Source: Escherichia coli phage AZ21. From it: a stretch of 64,000 nucleotides of DNA. Numbering within the stretch: position 1 is the first letter of the stretch; each line of letters opens with the position of its first letter. The DNA is taken from the sequence record LC788708.1; one strand, written 5' to 3'. The notes under the pieces are model-generated. The model saw nothing but the letters and a program-made list of their open reading frames with translations. It did no database searches and was not told the origin of the DNA. Shown in pieces: positions 37,924 to 46,210 of the stretch. The position numbers and the translations under genes were made by a program.

Positions 37924-38157
37924 TTACTCGTTTTCGGTGTTAGTGGTAAAAGTAGAGATATCGATACCTTTTACCATTTCATCGATCATCTCAGCGATGT
38001 TAAAACTTTGCACCATTTCTAACATTGCCGCTTCCATAGCCGCCCCTGCTACCGCTTTCGCTTTCTGATTAGTCGGGGCGTACTGGTCAACCGCTACACT
38101 CAGCAGGTTAGCGATCACTACACGACCAATCGGCGTATCAATATAGCCTTTGATCAT
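37924..38157 (-). CDS. hypothetical pre-early protein
   Basis: 77 aa; start overlaps upstream gene end by 20 nt. Confidence 0.4.
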   Translation of the reverse strand: MIKGYIDTPIGRVVIANLLSVAVDQYAPTNQKAKAVAGAAMEAAMLEMVQSFNIAEMIDEMVKGIDISTFTTNTENE

Positions 38158-38929
38158 AAACGGTGCTTTTTTTAGCCGCTACTTTCGTGATTTGAGTTAG
38201 TGCAATTTTACCAGCTTCCAGTTTTGCAGCGTTTACAACAGCGGATTTATTAGCGGCAACGATATTAGCGATCTTGGTCATGGTATTTTTTCCTTTGTTT
38301 TCAGTAGTTTGAGTATTAACGCTTTGAGTGTTAGAGCTTACAACCTGTTTTTCAATATTGTCAACTGGTTTTAGTGTAAATCCAGCATTTGCAACGTTTG
38401 ATTCATTCCCATACTCTAAATAATCACTAGGGATCAACATGTTGCCACTAGCGCGTTCAAAACATAACACGCCAGTTGTAGAAATTACATTACTATCAGC
38501 ACTTTTGTAATTAGCTGATAGTTCACGCCAAATGCTAGTTAATAACGATCCGACACTATCAGTCCTGATATTACTTACTTTTGTTGCTGTTACTTGCTCT
38601 TTTTCTTGCACGTTATATAATCGCGCAATGTAACCACTATTAGATTCACTATAACCAACAATGATAAAATCAATATCTCTTCCACGTTGATTGCGGAAAA
38701 TGTGATAATCACGGTTGAAAATTACTAGCGCCCTTTTCTGGTCTAGTAATTGTGTGAAATCTTCAACTGAATAATGAGTACCCTCATCGTCTAAAATTCT
38801 ATCATGAATCTTTTCGATAATAGTAGCGGTATGCTGTACGCTTGCCGCGCTACTACCCTCTAACAGATTGCGCAAACTGCCTTTAATAATAGTGGCGTTT
38901 GCTGGTACTGCAATTCTTACAGTAGACAT
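38138..38929 (-). CDS. hypothetical pre-early protein (first gene of minus-strand block)
   Basis: 263 aa; RBS GGGAGA then ATG on minus strand. Confidence 0.5.
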   Translation of the reverse strand: MSTVRIAVPANATIIKGSLRNLLEGSSAASVQHTATIIEKIHDRILDDEGTHYSVEDFTQLLDQKRALVIFNRDYHIFRNQRGRDIDFIIVGYSESNSGYIARLYNVQEKEQVTATKVSNIRTDSVGSLLTSIWRELSANYKSADSNVISTTGVLCFERASGNMLIPSDYLEYGNESNVANAGFTLKPVDNIEKQVVSSNTQSVNTQTTENKGKNTMTKIANIVAANKSAVVNAAKLEAGKIALTQITKVAAKKSTVYDQRLY

Positions 38930-39195
38930 TTTATTTTGTCTCCCTCGTTAATCGGTGAGTGAATGATAAGGGTAATTTTCTAGCATAGGCAAATATTATT
39001 TTACTTTTTTATTTTCCTTGCCTAGCGTCTAATTTTATGCTAACCGCGCAGCGGTGCAATAAAGAGCAAACCACGGCGAAGCCACCAGCCCGACGCATTG
39101 AGGCTTTACTTTAATATTACCTTACAGCGTTTAGCTCGTTAGAATGCGTTTTGGGCCACTTAAAATTGATTGCAGTTGTTAACACTACCTTTCTA

Positions 39196-39215
39196 CCCTG
39201 TATATTTATACAGTG
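39196..39215. promoter_or_regulatory. LexA-box-like palindrome CTGTATATTTATACAG
   Basis: Exact reverse complement of the 35202-35217 core; lies upstream of the minus-strand block. Confidence 0.55.
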
Positions 39216-39224
39216 GAATAACCT

Positions 39225-39233
39225 GTGGATAAG
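39225..39233 (-). promoter_or_regulatory. DnaA-box consensus (TGTGGATAA on + strand)
   Basis: Exact reverse complement of TTATCCACA; second copy at about 39298-39306. Confidence 0.6.
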
Positions 39234-39554
39234 TCTGTGCAAAAGTCCTTATATCACCGCCTATCGTGTCAAGTTATTTTGTGCTGTGGAAAACATTGTG
39301 GATAACTTAAATGATAGTGCTTCTCACTTAGGCTAATGATTTCTTATAGTTATTATTTCTCATTAATTTATAAGTATATTATATATTATCAAATAGTTAG
39401 TTGGCTAATGAGATTTTCCGTGATTAATAGTCTGCTAATAATTCAGGTCGTTACAATCCACCAGCATGATTATCATTCTAGCAATTATTAGTCTGCTATC
39501 TTTCCGATACATACTAACAAATAAAAGTCAATTAATTTATTTCATAAAATAAGT

Positions 39555-39591
39555 AGTTATCCACTGGAAAATAAAAGTCAAGTGGATAACT
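39555..39591. repeat. perfect 11 bp inverted repeat AGTTATCCACT-N15-AGTGGATAACT
   Basis: Each arm contains a DnaA-box variant TTATCCACT. Confidence 0.8.
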
Positions 39592-39978
39592 AGGAAAATT
39601 TCATTTTTGCTTTTGGGGATAAGTTATCAACAAGGCTAGAATGCGCCTAAAACGCTCCAGAACGCGATGAAGTTTTTAGCCACCCCATCATAAGGGGATA
39701 GGCCGTTTATCGCTGCCACGAGCTTTTTAGATTTTGTCAAGTAGGGGAAAGCAAATATAAATGAAAAAATTACTTGCCTATTTGCTTTATTTTGTGGTAT
39801 TCGCGCCCGTTTCTTTTAATTTTAGGCCGTCGCCGGACGTGGTGCGGTGAATTTTGTCTTTACGTTTCTTTACAAAAATAAGGTTGCGCCATTTTCGGGA
39901 ATCCCCTATTATTTATCACGTAGGGCGGCAATGACGAACTACACGGCGGGAAGTTTACCGCCACGCTCTTTAAAAATT

Positions 39979-40002
39979 GGGTACATCTTAAAGCCTATCG
40001 GC
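39979..40002. repeat. left arm of 24 bp inverted repeat (GGGTACATCTTAAAGCCTATCGGC)
   Basis: 23/24 match to the reverse complement of 40247-40270. Confidence 0.85.
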
Positions 40003-40034
40003 GGTAAACTTATTTATTATAAGGAATCGACGAT

Positions 40035-40247
40035 ATGAAACAAACTTTATTGATCACTGGCAAGCCTATTAAGGCACTAGATAGCAAAACAAAAAATTTG
40101 TTGACAGTAGCGCAAAGATCGGTAAAATACCGATTCACGCAGTACAAGAAAGACCGCCAGCAAGGTTTAGAAATGATCTGGCGAAACATTATGATTGACT
40201 TGAAAGAAAATCATAAAAAACTGCAAAAAAATTATTTGACAACCTAG
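40035..40247 (+). CDS. hypothetical basic pre-early protein bracketed by the 24 bp inverted repeat
   Basis: 70 aa; stop codon TAG lies in the right repeat arm. Confidence 0.4.
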   Translation: MKQTLLITGKPIKALDSKTKNLLTVAQRSVKYRFTQYKKDRQQGLEMIWRNIMIDLKENHKKLQKNYLTT

Positions 40248-40270
40248 CCGATAGGTTTTAAGATGTACCC
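40247..40270. repeat. right arm of 24 bp inverted repeat (GCCGATAGGTTTTAAGATGTACCC)
   Basis: See left arm. Confidence 0.85.
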
Positions 40271-40391
40271 AGTTCGATAAGAGCGATAACTTGATAAAAT
40301 TTGACGGTCGGTGCTTACCATAATGCGCCCCGCCCCCTAACGGGATATAGCGGCCTACGTGGAGTTCTTTAAATTGATTATAGCGGCGAGA

Positions 40392-40445
40392 GGATTGTTA
40401 CTTATTACCTGCTAGTATTTTCTAGTAGGTAATAAGTAACAATCC
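40392..40445 (+). other. long hairpin, 24 bp stem (23/24) with 6 nt loop
   Basis: GGATTGTTACTTATTACCTGCTAG-TATTTT-CTAGTAGGTAATAAGTAACAATCC, just upstream of the next RBS. Confidence 0.8.
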
Positions 40446-40468
40446 ATCAAATAACTGGAGTTTATATT

Positions 40469-40720
40469 ATGCAAAACGTTATTACCGCGCCTAAAATTGG
40501 TCAATCCGTCTTTATTCCTTTCGTTACTAAAACGGATGAATTAACCGGAAAGGCCGAACGTATTAAAGGTGCGGCGCTTATGCCGTTCGATACAATCGAC
40601 GCGGTATATGCTGAAAATGAACGCAGTAACAACGGCAAGCCCGTTTTTAGCGTTCGCGTTAAATCCGGCGATGTTGTAAAGGTTGTTCAACGCAACGAAA
40701 AATGGGAAGCTGTGTTGTAA
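40469..40720 (+). CDS. hypothetical pre-early protein
   Basis: RBS CTGGAG then ATG; 83 aa. Confidence 0.45.
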   Translation: MQNVITAPKIGQSVFIPFVTKTDELTGKAERIKGAALMPFDTIDAVYAENERSNNGKPVFSVRVKSGDVVKVVQRNEKWEAVL

Positions 40721-40818
40721 TTTAGTGTTAACTTTATATCCCCCTTATTTCAGGGGGATATAACGATTAACATTAAGTTAATCTAATCCCTTAAATTAAA
40801 CTAATAGGAGTTTTTACC

Positions 40819-41226
40819 ATGACTAACGCAAAAACCGCAAAATTCGCATGGAATGAAGAAAACACTCAGAAAGCTGTTACCATGTACCAGCAGTTAATCA
40901 ACGAAAACGGTTTAGATTTTGCAAATAGCGACGGCCTGAAAGAGATTGCAAAAGCAGTAGGCGCGGCCTCCCCCGTATCCGTTCGGTCAAAATTGACCAG
41001 TGCAAAAGCCTATCAAAAAAGCGATAAGCCGCGTAAAGTTGGCGGCGGTAGCTCTGTGCGTAAAGCTCACTATGTGCGAGTAATTGCAAAACACGCTATC
41101 GATTCCGGTATTATCAAAGACGCCGATGATCTGGCAAGCCTTGAAAGTGCTAAACTGGAAACGCTGGACGCGGTGGCGCAACTGTTAGGCGTTGCCGATG
41201 AAGTAAAACAAGCCGTAGGTGAATAA
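40819..41226 (+). CDS. hypothetical pre-early protein, possible A2 homolog
   Basis: 135 aa; RBS TAGGAG; sits on the inner side of the A1-like gene with one small ORF between; name assigned by position and size only. Confidence 0.4.
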   Translation: MTNAKTAKFAWNEENTQKAVTMYQQLINENGLDFANSDGLKEIAKAVGAASPVSVRSKLTSAKAYQKSDKPRKVGGGSSVRKAHYVRVIAKHAIDSGIIKDADDLASLESAKLETLDAVAQLLGVADEVKQAVGE

Positions 41227-41316
41227 TAGTTATACCTTGCCCCCTTCTAGTGAGGGGGCACTAATATAACTGTTTAGCGATAGTTATTTTCTTCCCTTAA
41301 ATCAGGAGTTTTAAAA

Positions 41317-41514
41317 ATGGTTTTCTTCCCTACTGAATCTTTGATTCTAGGCTTGTTTATTATGGCGGCCTCATTATTGTTCGCTTATTTTCAGAATGAT
41401 TTAGATTCGTATTATTTTAAACGTAAATCTAAATTAGCAAAACGTTTGGGCTTGCTTTGTTTTATCGCTGCCGTTGCCTGTGGTGTTAGTTCGAGTCTAG
41501 TACCATTAAATTAA
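41317..41514 (+). CDS. small membrane protein
   Basis: Two TM helices; RBS CAGGAG. Confidence 0.35.
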   Translation: MVFFPTESLILGLFIMAASLLFAYFQNDLDSYYFKRKSKLAKRLGLLCFIAAVACGVSSSLVPLN

Positions 41515-41601
41515 TGTTGCAAATTATAACGCCTATTATTCGAGGCGTTATATTTGGCAATATTGCCATTATTAACCTAATCCCTTTAATGGAGTTTTAT
41601 T

Positions 41602-43272
41602 ATGATTATTTCCGCAGAAAAACAAACCGTTATCCTGAAAATGGCCGCTGATTTCAATTTCTACGGTAAACGCCTGCGCGCCACTAAACTGGAGGTCTGC
41701 GACGATATTTCAAAAGCGGTCTACGATACAACGAAACACTCCACCGCTATCTGCGACTGGCTGGAAGCAAATAAACCAGCGAAACCAAAAGCGGCAAAAG
41801 TAGCAAAAGCCATTAAAAACGGTGAGCGCCCCGAAGCGGCTGGGATTGTTTCTAGTACCGTGGAGCAGTGGGAAGTAAAACAAGGTAAACGCTTTATTAT
41901 TACATCGATTCAGAATAATACTTTCCCGCATAAAAACTTTTTAGCCTCACTGGAGCAATTTGCTAAATATATCGGGGCTGATTTGCTCGTTTCTAAGTAT
42001 ATTTATAATAAAAACGGTTTTCAAAATGGGGAAGGTGCTGACGGAATCAAATATGATTCCGCGTTTGATAAATATATTTGCAGCAAAAACGTGTTTTTGA
42101 ATAACCGCCGCTTTGCTTTCATGGCTGAAATTAATGTTTTGCCTACCGCAGATTATCCGCTTTCTGGATTCGCAGAAACTGCAACGGCTTTAAATATTGA
42201 AGGTCTGGCAATTGGTCACGCTAAAATTACCGCTGAAAGCGTACCAGCTTTAAAAGGTGAAGTAGTGCGCCGTATGTACTCAACCGGAACGGCAACGCTC
42301 AAAAACTACATTCAGCAGAAAGCAGGACAAAAGGCCGAGGCGCTGCATAACTTCGGTGCGCTTATTGTTGAGTTCGACGAGGACGGGGAATTTTTTGTAC
42401 GCCAGCTTGAAACGATGGACGAAAGCGGGGTATTTTATGATCTGAATGTGTGTGCTACTCCTGCCGGATGCTATGAAACATCGGGGCATGTTTTAGGCTT
42501 GCAGTATGGCGATATTCACGCCGAAAAATTAGATGAGGAGTGCGCCGCCGCGTCATGGGGGCATGGTGATACTTATGGGCTAGTAGATATTCTTAAACCA
42601 AAATATCAGTTTGTGCATGACGTGCATGATTTTACATCGCGCAATCATCATAACCGCGCATCGGGTGTATTCCTAGCAAAACAGTACGCCGCCGGACGTG
42701 ATAAGGTTATTGATGATCTTATCGATACGGGGCGCGTGCTGGAATCAATGGAGCGTGATTTTTCTCAAACAATCATTGTTGAATCGAATCACGATTTGGC
42801 GTTATCCCGTTGGCTTGATGATCGTAATGCTAACATCAAAGACGATCCAGCAAACGCAGAACTGTATCACCGCCTGAATGCTGCAATTTACGAGGCAATC
42901 GGTGAACATGACGAAACGTTCAACGTGCTAGATTATGCGCTGCGCAAGGTTGCAGGTTGTGAGTTTAACGCCATTTTCCTGACCACTGACCAATCTTTCA
43001 AGATTGCAGGCATTGAATGCGGCGTACACGGTCACAACGGCATTAATGGCAGTCGTGGCAATCCCAAACAATTTAAGAAATTGGGCAAGTTAAACACTGG
43101 TCATACTCATACGGCAAGCATTTACGGCGGGGTATATACCGCTGGCGTAGCTGGTAGTCTGGATATGGGTTACAACGTTGGCGCGTCAAGCTGGACGCAA
43201 ACTCATTTAATTACCTATGCAAACGGTCAGCGCACTTTGATTGACTTTAAGAACGGTAAATTTTTTGCGTAA
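41602..43272 (+). CDS. A1: A1-like pre-early protein, calcineurin-like metallophosphoesterase/nuclease
   Basis: 556 aa, the length I recall for T5 A1; metallophosphoesterase motifs YGDIHAE, HDVHDF, ESNHD, GVHGHNG, GHTHT; RBS AATGGAG. Confidence 0.75.
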   Translation: MIISAEKQTVILKMAADFNFYGKRLRATKLEVCDDISKAVYDTTKHSTAICDWLEANKPAKPKAAKVAKAIKNGERPEAAGIVSSTVEQWEVKQGKRFIITSIQNNTFPHKNFLASLEQFAKYIGADLLVSKYIYNKNGFQNGEGADGIKYDSAFDKYICSKNVFLNNRRFAFMAEINVLPTADYPLSGFAETATALNIEGLAIGHAKITAESVPALKGEVVRRMYSTGTATLKNYIQQKAGQKAEALHNFGALIVEFDEDGEFFVRQLETMDESGVFYDLNVCATPAGCYETSGHVLGLQYGDIHAEKLDEECAAASWGHGDTYGLVDILKPKYQFVHDVHDFTSRNHHNRASGVFLAKQYAAGRDKVIDDLIDTGRVLESMERDFSQTIIVESNHDLALSRWLDDRNANIKDDPANAELYHRLNAAIYEAIGEHDETFNVLDYALRKVAGCEFNAIFLTTDQSFKIAGIECGVHGHNGINGSRGNPKQFKKLGKLNTGHTHTASIYGGVYTAGVAGSLDMGYNVGASSWTQTHLITYANGQRTLIDFKNGKFFA

Positions 43273-43328
43273 TTAAATTATTTCCCTAGCGGCTTGAAAT
43301 ACAGCCGCTATTACAGGAGCTAAATTAA

Positions 43329-43607
43329 ATGGCTATTAAAATTAATCTTCCCAATATTAAAAACACCGCTGATATATGGTCGATTGATACTATATTGCGT
43401 GGCACTGTATACCGTAATTTAAAAGATAATAATTGTTATATTTATCAAAATGAATTAAACGGCCATATTTACATAATCGAGTCCGATGGTTTTTGTTCTT
43501 TTGAGACTGATTATGAAGCGCAAGATCATATACAGGCAAATGATATTCCTGACGTATGGAAAGAAACAAACCTTGCTTTTGTTGTAAGTCTTGAAGCTAA
43601 CAAATAA
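43329..43607 (+). CDS. hypothetical pre-early protein
   Basis: RBS CAGGAG; 92 aa. Confidence 0.4.
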   Translation: MAIKINLPNIKNTADIWSIDTILRGTVYRNLKDNNCYIYQNELNGHIYIIESDGFCSFETDYEAQDHIQANDIPDVWKETNLAFVVSLEANK

Positions 43608-43645
43608 ATTAAATATCTTATTAAATTAATTGGAGTTTTACAAAT

Positions 43646-44038
43646 ATGAAAAAGCAAAATATTCCATTCGATCGCGCTCAGTCTTCTATTGTTCTGGTTT
43701 ATTCTAATGGTGAGCGTTACCACGTCGAGGCGGGGCACGTTATTGATGAATTATTAGATTTCAATGACGCTTTACAGGTTACTACCTTTGCCTACACGCA
43801 AGGCCGCGCAAGTAGTTACATTAAGGCCGCAGGCGTTTATGTTGACACGGTGAAACAAGAAACGATTATCATCGACGCAGTAAAATCCGGTCTAGCCTTT
43901 GCAGTTGTCGCGCCTTGCCCCTCTTGTCTTGATGATCAGCTAACGAGTGCGAAAGTATACACCTGCGCGGGCATTCGTTCCCATGTATCAGGAGAGGATA
44001 TTAGTTTTATCGCTGATGCGTTGGCTTATGGTCTTTAA
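43646..44038 (+). CDS. hypothetical pre-early protein
   Basis: RBS TTGGAG; 130 aa. Confidence 0.45.
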   Translation: MKKQNIPFDRAQSSIVLVYSNGERYHVEAGHVIDELLDFNDALQVTTFAYTQGRASSYIKAAGVYVDTVKQETIIIDAVKSGLAFAVVAPCPSCLDDQLTSAKVYTCAGIRSHVSGEDISFIADALAYGL

Positions 44039-44118
44039 TAGTTGATTTATTATTGCCCGCTGATAGATAGCGGGCAATGCTGGATAAACTACATCCCTTT
44101 AATGGAGAACGTAACAAA

Positions 44119-44853
44119 ATGAATCAAGTTAAAACGAATATTTCCCGTAACTTCCCGCATATTTCCCGCGTCATGATCTGGGATCTTGATGGCACTATCG
44201 TTAATTCATTCCATCGTGTAGCGCCTTGCTTTGATAGTGAGGGTAATCTAGATTTAAATAAGTATAAGAATGAGGCTTGCAAACATGATTTAATAATGCA
44301 GGATACTTTATTGCCTTTGGTGGAATATATGCGCCAATGCATGAATGACGCAAATACTTTAAACATTATTTGTACCGCTCGATTAATGAGCAAATCGGAT
44401 TATTATTATTTGCGCAAACAAGGCTTGCGAGGGCGTGGGGATAGCAATATCCGCGTGTTTTCCCGCGACACGCTGCATAAATATTTTGAAGCTGATAAGG
44501 TTAGCGAGATATACCACAGTAAAGACGCAGTTTATAAATCGTATTACTTTGAATTATTTAAACAGCTATATCCGAACGCTGATTTCACAATGATTGATGA
44601 TCATAAAGGTGTATTATCAGCGGCGGCGTCATACGGATTTAAAACGCTAGACGCGCAAGCCGTTAACGATATTCTATCAATCGGCGTGGCATTGATAGGC
44701 GGAACCTTTATTGATGAATCTCTCGATGATGATAATGATTATCAGTTCCTAGCCGATCGATTGAAATTATGTTGGGAAAGTATGACCGAAGAAGAACGCG
44801 CAGAATATAGTTGCAGCCCGCAACAATATATTGAGAAATTAAAAGTTGCGTAA
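44119..44853 (+). CDS. dmp: HAD-family 5'-deoxyribonucleotidase (Dmp-like)
   Basis: HAD motif I VMIWDLDGT near N-terminus; 244 aa from the RBS-supported ATG; same CCCTTTAATGGAG leader as the A1-like gene. Confidence 0.7.
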   Translation: MNQVKTNISRNFPHISRVMIWDLDGTIVNSFHRVAPCFDSEGNLDLNKYKNEACKHDLIMQDTLLPLVEYMRQCMNDANTLNIICTARLMSKSDYYYLRKQGLRGRGDSNIRVFSRDTLHKYFEADKVSEIYHSKDAVYKSYYFELFKQLYPNADFTMIDDHKGVLSAAASYGFKTLDAQAVNDILSIGVALIGGTFIDESLDDDNDYQFLADRLKLCWESMTEEERAEYSCSPQQYIEKLKVA

Positions 44854-45017
44854 TAATTAAAGTTGAAATAGTTTCATCCTGCAATTAAAATGGTTGCGGG
44901 ATGAAACAATTACCCTGCTAATAGTAACGGGGGTGGCGGTTAGCAGACTAAGTATTCTCCCCCAACCCACTGGACACACCTCCATGTGTAATCCTATGAA
45001 ATTTGGCAAAAGTCAAA

Positions 45018-45263
45018 TTAGCGCATAGAAGGGTCATCAAACCTGTGCTCTGGTCTGAACTCACGGAATCTCTTCCACGACGCCCGAGATCCATCAGACC
45101 ACTCCCGCTCAAACTCCGCACGTTTCTCGTCAAACTTCCGCTCCCTTTCCGCAATCTCTCGCGTCACCCCCGCGATATATTCCCGATGCTTGTTAATTGC
45201 CGCAGTTGTCCCGAAAACTCCCGCGAGTATCCCGATAATAAAAGCAATTACAATACTAAACAT
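45018..45263 (-). CDS. small membrane protein
   Basis: N-terminal TM helix; RBS GAGAGGG on minus strand. Confidence 0.35.
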   Translation of the reverse strand: MFSIVIAFIIGILAGVFGTTAAINKHREYIAGVTREIAERERKFDEKRAEFEREWSDGSRASWKRFREFRPEHRFDDPSMR

Positions 45264-45450
45264 CTAATTCCCTCTCAATTTGCAGAATACGGGTACTATC
45301 ACAACGTTGCAGTAGTGCTAGCTTTTCTAGAGTAACTTGTTGTTGTTTTACCTGAGCTTCTAGAGTTTTTAGGCGGAGATACACGATACGAGAGACAATG
45401 AGGATTACCCAGACTAATATTACCATTAGTGTAATTGCCGCTTCCATCAT
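45256..45450 (-). CDS. small membrane protein
   Basis: TM helix; RBS GGAGAAA on minus strand. Confidence 0.35.
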   Translation of the reverse strand: MMEAAITLMVILVWVILIVSRIVYLRLKTLEAQVKQQQVTLEKLALLQRCDSTRILQIERELDV

Positions 45451-45553
45451 TTACGTTTCTCCAATAATAAGGTTTCAATTCTAGCTAAATGATTATCTAA
45501 AATACATTGTCCAATAATCACAATCCCTAGTAGTGCAATAATTACCCATTCCA

Positions 45554-45745
45554 TTAAATCCACCCCGCCATAGCTGCTAACCAAAAACCTACGAAGATTA
45601 GGAATAATACAAAACCAAATCCGTAAATATTAATCCACGCTTCATATACTTCTCCGCGTCTGTTCTTTCTTTTATTTGACATATCTTTCATGCTCCAATA
45701 AATGTGGTATCTGGAATATTTTACAGTTTGTGCACAACCAACCAT
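45554..45745 (-). CDS. small membrane protein
   Basis: C-terminal TM helix; RBS AGGAAG on minus strand. Confidence 0.35.
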   Translation of the reverse strand: MVGCAQTVKYSRYHIYWSMKDMSNKRKNRRGEVYEAWINIYGFGFVLFLIFVGFWLAAMAGWI

Positions 45746-45858
45746 GCTTGTGACTTCCTAGAAGGACTTCTCATTTTCTTGCATAGTGGTTTCTGCCAAT
45801 ATACCATCCAAAAAATAAAAAATTTAGTTTACTTGGATGTCGTTTTGCTTTATACTAA

Positions 45859-46125
45859 TTACAGGTAGTTAGATTGCTCTAGTTTAAATTTACAATCACC
45901 GTATTTAAGATCAAACTGACTGAGATCCCACCACCCAAACTTAGTACGGAGCTGTACTACTGGGAAGCGATCTCCCTTAATACGAACTTTTTGAACTTTG
46001 AGGCCATAATGTTCTTCTCCTGCACCTCCAAAAGATTTTACAAATCCCGTACAAAATGGTTTGGGAGCAGGTGCACAACCAGATAACATAACTGCGGCAA
46101 CTAGTGCAATCACAAACTTTTTCAT
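45859..46125 (-). CDS. llp: lipoprotein, Llp-like receptor-blocking candidate
   Basis: Signal peptide with lipobox LSGC; divergent from and adjacent to the receptor-binding protein gene; own early-type promoter. Confidence 0.6.
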   Translation of the reverse strand: MKKFVIALVAAVMLSGCAPAPKPFCTGFVKSFGGAGEEHYGLKVQKVRIKGDRFPVVQLRTKFGWWDLSQFDLKYGDCKFKLEQSNYL

Positions 46126-46156
46126 ATTTATCTCTCCATTTCTAATTTATGAATCT

Positions 46157-46185
46157 ATTATAGCAAAATAGAGGGATGAAAGCAA
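46157..46185 (-). promoter_or_regulatory. sigma70 early-type promoter for llp-like gene (minus strand)
   Basis: On minus strand TTGCTT-17-TATAAT then AGATTCATAAATT and RBS GGAGAG. Confidence 0.65.
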
Positions 46186-46210
46186 ATACATTTTTATAAT
46201 AGGAGATTAT

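Larger units (their letters stand above)
39125..39320. repeat. right inverted-repeat module (inverse copy of 35103-35280)
   Basis: Reverse complement carries the same motif series as the left module. Confidence 0.7.

Noticed and set aside
38138-38172. A7 homopolymer run near the junction of two overlapping minus-strand ORFs as a frameshift site
   Set aside because: The downstream ORF has its own ATG in a standard coupled overlap; no need to invoke a frameshift, though a sequencing error cannot be excluded.
45003-45335. 110 aa plus-strand ORF
   Set aside because: It needs a TTG start without an RBS and overlaps minus-strand ORFs that have good RBSs and TM helices.
33780-45850. A foreign island or satellite inserted into the phage (different composition, divergent gene blocks, dense repeats)
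   Set aside because: The block carries the T5 pre-early signature (A1-like 556 aa metallophosphoesterase, 244 aa HAD Dmp-like gene, repeat region with DnaA boxes), so it is better explained as the phage's own first-step-transfer / terminal-repeat region.
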